NCBI GenBank assembly: GCA_965237805.1
Contig: OZ250153.1
Span: forward strand, 640,001-704,000
Reading direction: 5' to 3'
From: Gammaproteobacteria bacterium
Lineage (GTDB): Bacteria > Pseudomonadota > Gammaproteobacteria > JABABF01
Length of the DNA: 64,000 bases
Shown: positions 60,455 through 64,000 of the stretch, piece by piece
Layout: each line of letters opens with the position of its first letter
How positions within the stretch are numbered: the stretch's first letter is position 1
Position numbers and translations under genes: made by a program
Notes under the pieces: generated by a model
Told to the model about the DNA's origin: nothing
Seen by the model: only the letters and a program-made list of their open reading frames with translations
Databases searched by the model: none

Positions 60455-63367
60455 TCAATCGAGCAAGTACCAGCGTTTGTTGTCGCGTTTAAAATCCGCC
60501 GCAGACGAGACTTTGCTGCGACCGGCAAAACCGCCACCGGGACCGTCGCCCGGCACACGCAATAGCACTTCCCGACGCTTCGGTGCCAGCAACATATTGC
60601 GGCTGAAAACCAACCATTGATTGCGCGAGATATCACGCAATGAGTCGGCGAGTCGCTCACGGTACTTGAAATCGGTGTCACCTAGTGCGATGTCCAGCCA
60701 ATAGCGCTCAGACAGTTCACGCTGCGACGACGGCAATGCCAGCACCTTACTAATCAGCCCGTCGCGCTGACGCGCAAACTCCTCATCCGACATCTTTGCC
60801 AGCTGCGCCAGCGACCGCTCGAAGAAACCACGCATCTGTGCTTCGATCTCCGCCACTGCGGTGCGCGGCGACTGCACAACAAAAACCACCCCGGGTACCG
60901 CCGCCACTTGCTGGTATCGCGCATAGACCACATAGCCGAGCTGACGCACCGTGCGCAAATCTTCGAAAAATAGCGGGTGCAAAATGTGCGCAACGAGCGA
61001 GCTCATCGCCTGATGGCGCGGCGAGTGATCTGGTGCCTGAAAATATAGTAACGCAGCCGCATCATCGTGTTCAAAATTACGCTCCCACACCCAAGGACGC
61101 TCTGCGGCTTGCAGGCGTACGGTAGCTAGTGGCGGCAGCGGCTGCTCCGCACTGTCGCCACCGACGGCAGATTGTGTCCAGTGTGCAAGGCGCTGCGCGT
61201 CGAGCGCCTCCAGATTGCCATGCGCCAAACCTTGAATGAAATTGTTCTGCTGCAGACGGGCCGAAAAACGACGCAACGCGGGGAGCCGCACTTGCTCTAA
61301 CGCCGTGATGCGTGCTTCGTCGGTGTAGGTGCCGCGTTGCAACAGCTGCCCTAAATTCGCGATCAACCGCCGATGCGGCGACACTCCAATCGCCGCCCGC
61401 CACTCGCGCAACAATTCTGCATGGAGATCCTTGAAACGCGCCGCCGACAGCTGTGGTGTGCGCAAGACCCCCAACACGCGCAGCAGCAATTCGTCCTGAC
61501 GGTCTTGGAAGCCGCTGATCTCCACCGTCAAGCCACGCAGTGTCGCACGCACATTGATCGACAGGCCTGCGAGCAGTGCTGGGTAGATGGACTCAGTCAA
61601 CTCATCCAACAACATGCGCGCAAGTAATTCATTCATGGCGGCATGCACCGCCGTGTCAGATGCCTGCGGAAAGCGGATGGCAAACAGCACATCTGTATGC
61701 GGGCGACGAAAATGACCATCCTGCTGGAACCACATCTGAAAACGGCGTCCGTAACGCAACAACAGCGGGGGTTGCCCCAGCTGGTAATCCAGCGAAGCTG
61801 GCAACACAGCAAAGGTCTCTGGGATAAAGGGATTGGGAGCTGGCAAAGCTAGCGCGTAGTCGGTTGGGGAGGCATGCTCCCAGCGCTGTCGCGTACGCGG
61901 CGACACCAGTGCTAATCCGTATGGCGTATCGTAATACTTGCTCTGCGTATTGACTGGCAAACTGGGCGCGGTCAGCATCAATAGGCAATTATCTGGTCGC
62001 AGAGCGTCGAGCATGCGCTGGATGGCCCGTGCGTTAAAGCGATCCATCAGATAGTCGCCACGCAGTACTTCGCGCTCCCGGTACTCGTGTATATTCGCCG
62101 CCAAGCTGACAGCAGAGTTCAGCGGTGCCTGCGGATCTCCATAATCGAAGCGCATCGACGCCAACTTGCTCATCTCGTCGAAGCGCCAAGACTCTGGGGG
62201 TGACTCGCGCAACAAATTAATGGCGGCGAAGATCAGTGCCGCGACATCATCTACCCGCTGCAAACCCTCTGCGCTCAAATCCACCACCACCTCAAAACTG
62301 CCCCCACCGCGGTAATGTAGGCCACGGCCTGCAGAGAGCGCAACCGCCCAACCACGCCGCTTCAGCTCGGATAATGCGCTGCCTACCCCCTCGTGGCCGA
62401 GCAGCTCGCCGATGTAGTAGAGCGGCTTGGTGCGCTGGTAACGGTAGCTATCCGGCACTGGAAACATCAAACGCAACTGGCGCTGCTCCCGGCTGGGGAT
62501 GACATGAACCCAGCTACCGAGCACATCGTCATCGAACAGCAGCTCGCTGATATCGCGTTGCCGCCCACCACCAGAGCGGAGACCGGTGAAGTGTTGCTGC
62601 ACCATCTCCTGCAATTGCGCAATCGACAGTGGGGCGACAACAGCCAACGCCATCCGTCCAGCCGTGTACTGGTCGAGGAAAAACTGCGCTACATCCGTAG
62701 CCAGCCCATCGCCACCCAAGGTCTCGATATTGCCAATCGCCAAACGCGACATGGGATGTTCCGGATTGAGGAAATGCCGCAGAACATCCTGCTGACGACG
62801 GGCCATGTGTATGATATCGGCACGATATTCGGCATGCACCGCTTGTTTCTCACGTGAGACATAACGCTCGCTCAGCTGTGGCGCAATGAAAAAACGCGCA
62901 AAGCGATCCAGTGCCCCCGACAGATGCTCGGAGTCGATCTCAAAGAAATAATTGCTGTGTTCAAAGCTGGTATAGGCGTTGTAGCGGCCACCGTGTGAGG
63001 TGATGAACTGCTGGTATTCACCGCTCTCAGGATAGCGGTCGGTACCGAGAAACAGCATATGCTCCAAGAAATGGGCGAGGCCGAGGCGGGTATTAGGATC
63101 GTTGCGGCTACCGACGGCCACTGCCAGTGCCGCCGCCGCCTTTGACGCGTCTGGGTCGGAGACCAACAGCACGCGCAGACCACTAGACAGGCGTAGGCTG
63201 TGATATTGGCGTACGTCGGAGAGCCCTTGAATCGGTTCCGCGGCCAGTGCCAGCGGCGACGCGACACACAGCATCCATACTGCCAACGCGCCGAGAGAAC
63301 ACCGCCAGCTGCGGCGTACCGTAGCGGCGATCAGTCGGATCGCGCAAGCGATGGCAGGCTGGGCCAT
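60455..63367 (-). CDS. ptrA: M16A insulinase-family peptidase (pitrilysin-like), exported
   Basis: GLAHFLEHMLFLGT, HGG..NAYT, LDRF..FF..P, LRT..QLGY. Start uncertain, because the listed ORF overlaps the next gene. Confidence 0.88.
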   Translation of the reverse strand: MAQPAIACAIRLIAATVRRSWRCSLGALAVWMLCVASPLALAAEPIQGLSDVRQYHSLRLSSGLRVLLVSDPDASKAAAALAVAVGSRNDPNTRLGLAHFLEHMLFLGTDRYPESGEYQQFITSHGGRYNAYTSFEHSNYFFEIDSEHLSGALDRFARFFIAPQLSERYVSREKQAVHAEYRADIIHMARRQQDVLRHFLNPEHPMSRLAIGNIETLGGDGLATDVAQFFLDQYTAGRMALAVVAPLSIAQLQEMVQQHFTGLRSGGGRQRDISELLFDDDVLGSWVHVIPSREQRQLRLMFPVPDSYRYQRTKPLYYIGELLGHEGVGSALSELKRRGWAVALSAGRGLHYRGGGSFEVVVDLSAEGLQRVDDVAALIFAAINLLRESPPESWRFDEMSKLASMRFDYGDPQAPLNSAVSLAANIHEYREREVLRGDYLMDRFNARAIQRMLDALRPDNCLLMLTAPSLPVNTQSKYYDTPYGLALVSPRTRQRWEHASPTDYALALPAPNPFIPETFAVLPASLDYQLGQPPLLLRYGRRFQMWFQQDGHFRRPHTDVLFAIRFPQASDTAVHAAMNELLARMLLDELTESIYPALLAGLSINVRATLRGLTVEISGFQDRQDELLLRVLGVLRTPQLSAARFKDLHAELLREWRAAIGVSPHRRLIANLGQLLQRGTYTDEARITALEQVRLPALRRFSARLQQNNFIQGLAHGNLEALDAQRLAHWTQSAVGGDSAEQPLPPLATVRLQAAERPWVWERNFEHDDAAALLYFQAPDHSPRHQAMSSLVAHILHPLFFEDLRTVRQLGYVVYARYQQVAAVPGVVFVVQSPRTAVAEIEAQMRGFFERSLAQLAKMSDEEFARQRDGLISKVLALPSSQRELSERYWLDIALGDTDFKYRERLADSLRDISRNQWLVFSRNMLLAPKRREVLLRVPGDGPGGGFAGRSKVSSAADFKRDNKRWYLLD

Positions 63368-64000
63368 GTGTTGAGCAATGTCTTGAACAAGGTGGCCAAG
63401 GGAATGGCGAAGAATACCCCCCAAAAACCCCACAAATTGCCGAAAATCACGACGGCCATAATGATGACCACCGGATGCAGACTGACCGCCTCCGAGAATA
63501 GTAGCGGCACCAACAAGTTGCCATCCAGCACTTGGATCAGGAGATAGGCCGCACACAAATAGAAGAACGGTGGCGTCAGTCCCCACTGTGCATAGCCGAT
63601 CAGCAACACTGGCACCGTCACGATCGCCGCCCCGACATAGGGGATCACCACCGACAAGCCGACCGTGACAGCAAGTAGTGCAGCGTAATCCAAGCGGTTG
63701 ATAATAAACACGGCATAGCTCACCATGCCGACGATCAGTATCTCAATGAATTTGCCGCGCACATAGTTTCCCATCTGCTGCTTCAACTCATGCCAGATCG
63801 GTGCCAGCCGGTCGTTGCGCGAAGGCAACAAGTGGTGGCCGAACCAACGCATGATCTGCTCTCTGTCCTTGAGCAGGAAATAGGCCATCAATGGCACCAA
63901 GAACAGGTAGATCAGCACCACGACGATGTTCGACAGCGTACTGAAGCCACCGCTGATCAGGACCGCTCCCAGATGCTGGAACTGCTGTTGGATGAAGCTC
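63331..64000 (-). CDS. AI-2E family transporter (PerM-like), 3' part
   Basis: YLFLVPLMAYFLLKD, NYVRGK..EI.IVG, IPYVG, DGNLLVPLLFSEAV.LHP, WGFWGVFFAIPLA; 5' end lies beyond the window. Confidence 0.92.
   Translation of the reverse strand, partial: SFIQQQFQHLGAVLISGGFSTLSNIVVVLIYLFLVPLMAYFLLKDREQIMRWFGHHLLPSRNDRLAPIWHELKQQMGNYVRGKFIEILIVGMVSYAVFIINRLDYAALLAVTVGLSVVIPYVGAAIVTVPVLLIGYAQWGLTPPFFYLCAAYLLIQVLDGNLLVPLLFSEAVSLHPVVIIMAVVIFGNLWGFWGVFFAIPLATLFKTLLNTWPSLPSLARSD

Overview
A GC-rich (about 60-65% by eye) gammaproteobacterial chromosome segment, probably from a marine or host-associated lineage (inferred from gene order and content). The backbone is mostly housekeeping: nadE, minor type IV pilins, ispH-lspA-ileS-ribF-murJ-pyrB, sbcB, class I fumarase, groES/EL, ampG-like permease, tyrS, anmK, uvrA-MFS-ssb, bolA, initiator tRNA-Met, pyk, fabV, aceF/aceE, an M16 peptidase and an AI-2E transporter. 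Small accessory blocks interrupt it. (i) A low-GC operon encodes a 2-TM protein, a sodium:solute symporter and nicotinamidase, a candidate nicotinamide import/salvage system. (ii) A collapsed defence-like islet holds a GHKL-ATPase N-terminal stub fused to a broken C5-DNA-methyltransferase C-terminus, followed by an intact M48-like gene with a QExxH motif. (iii) A PKD-HExxH lipoprotein is paired with an uncharacterised partner gene. (iv) Two tandem arylsulfatases are present, one with a CxPxL instead of CxPxR maturation motif. (v) Lipid/steroid-type catabolic genes include an inserted low-GC FkbM methyltransferase and a hydratase with a lipoprotein signal. A porin-like gene with a Fur-like promoter runs off the left edge and is missing from the ORF track. 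I found no CRISPR array, rRNA, integrase or intact transposase. All assignments come from motif recognition by eye, with no database searches.
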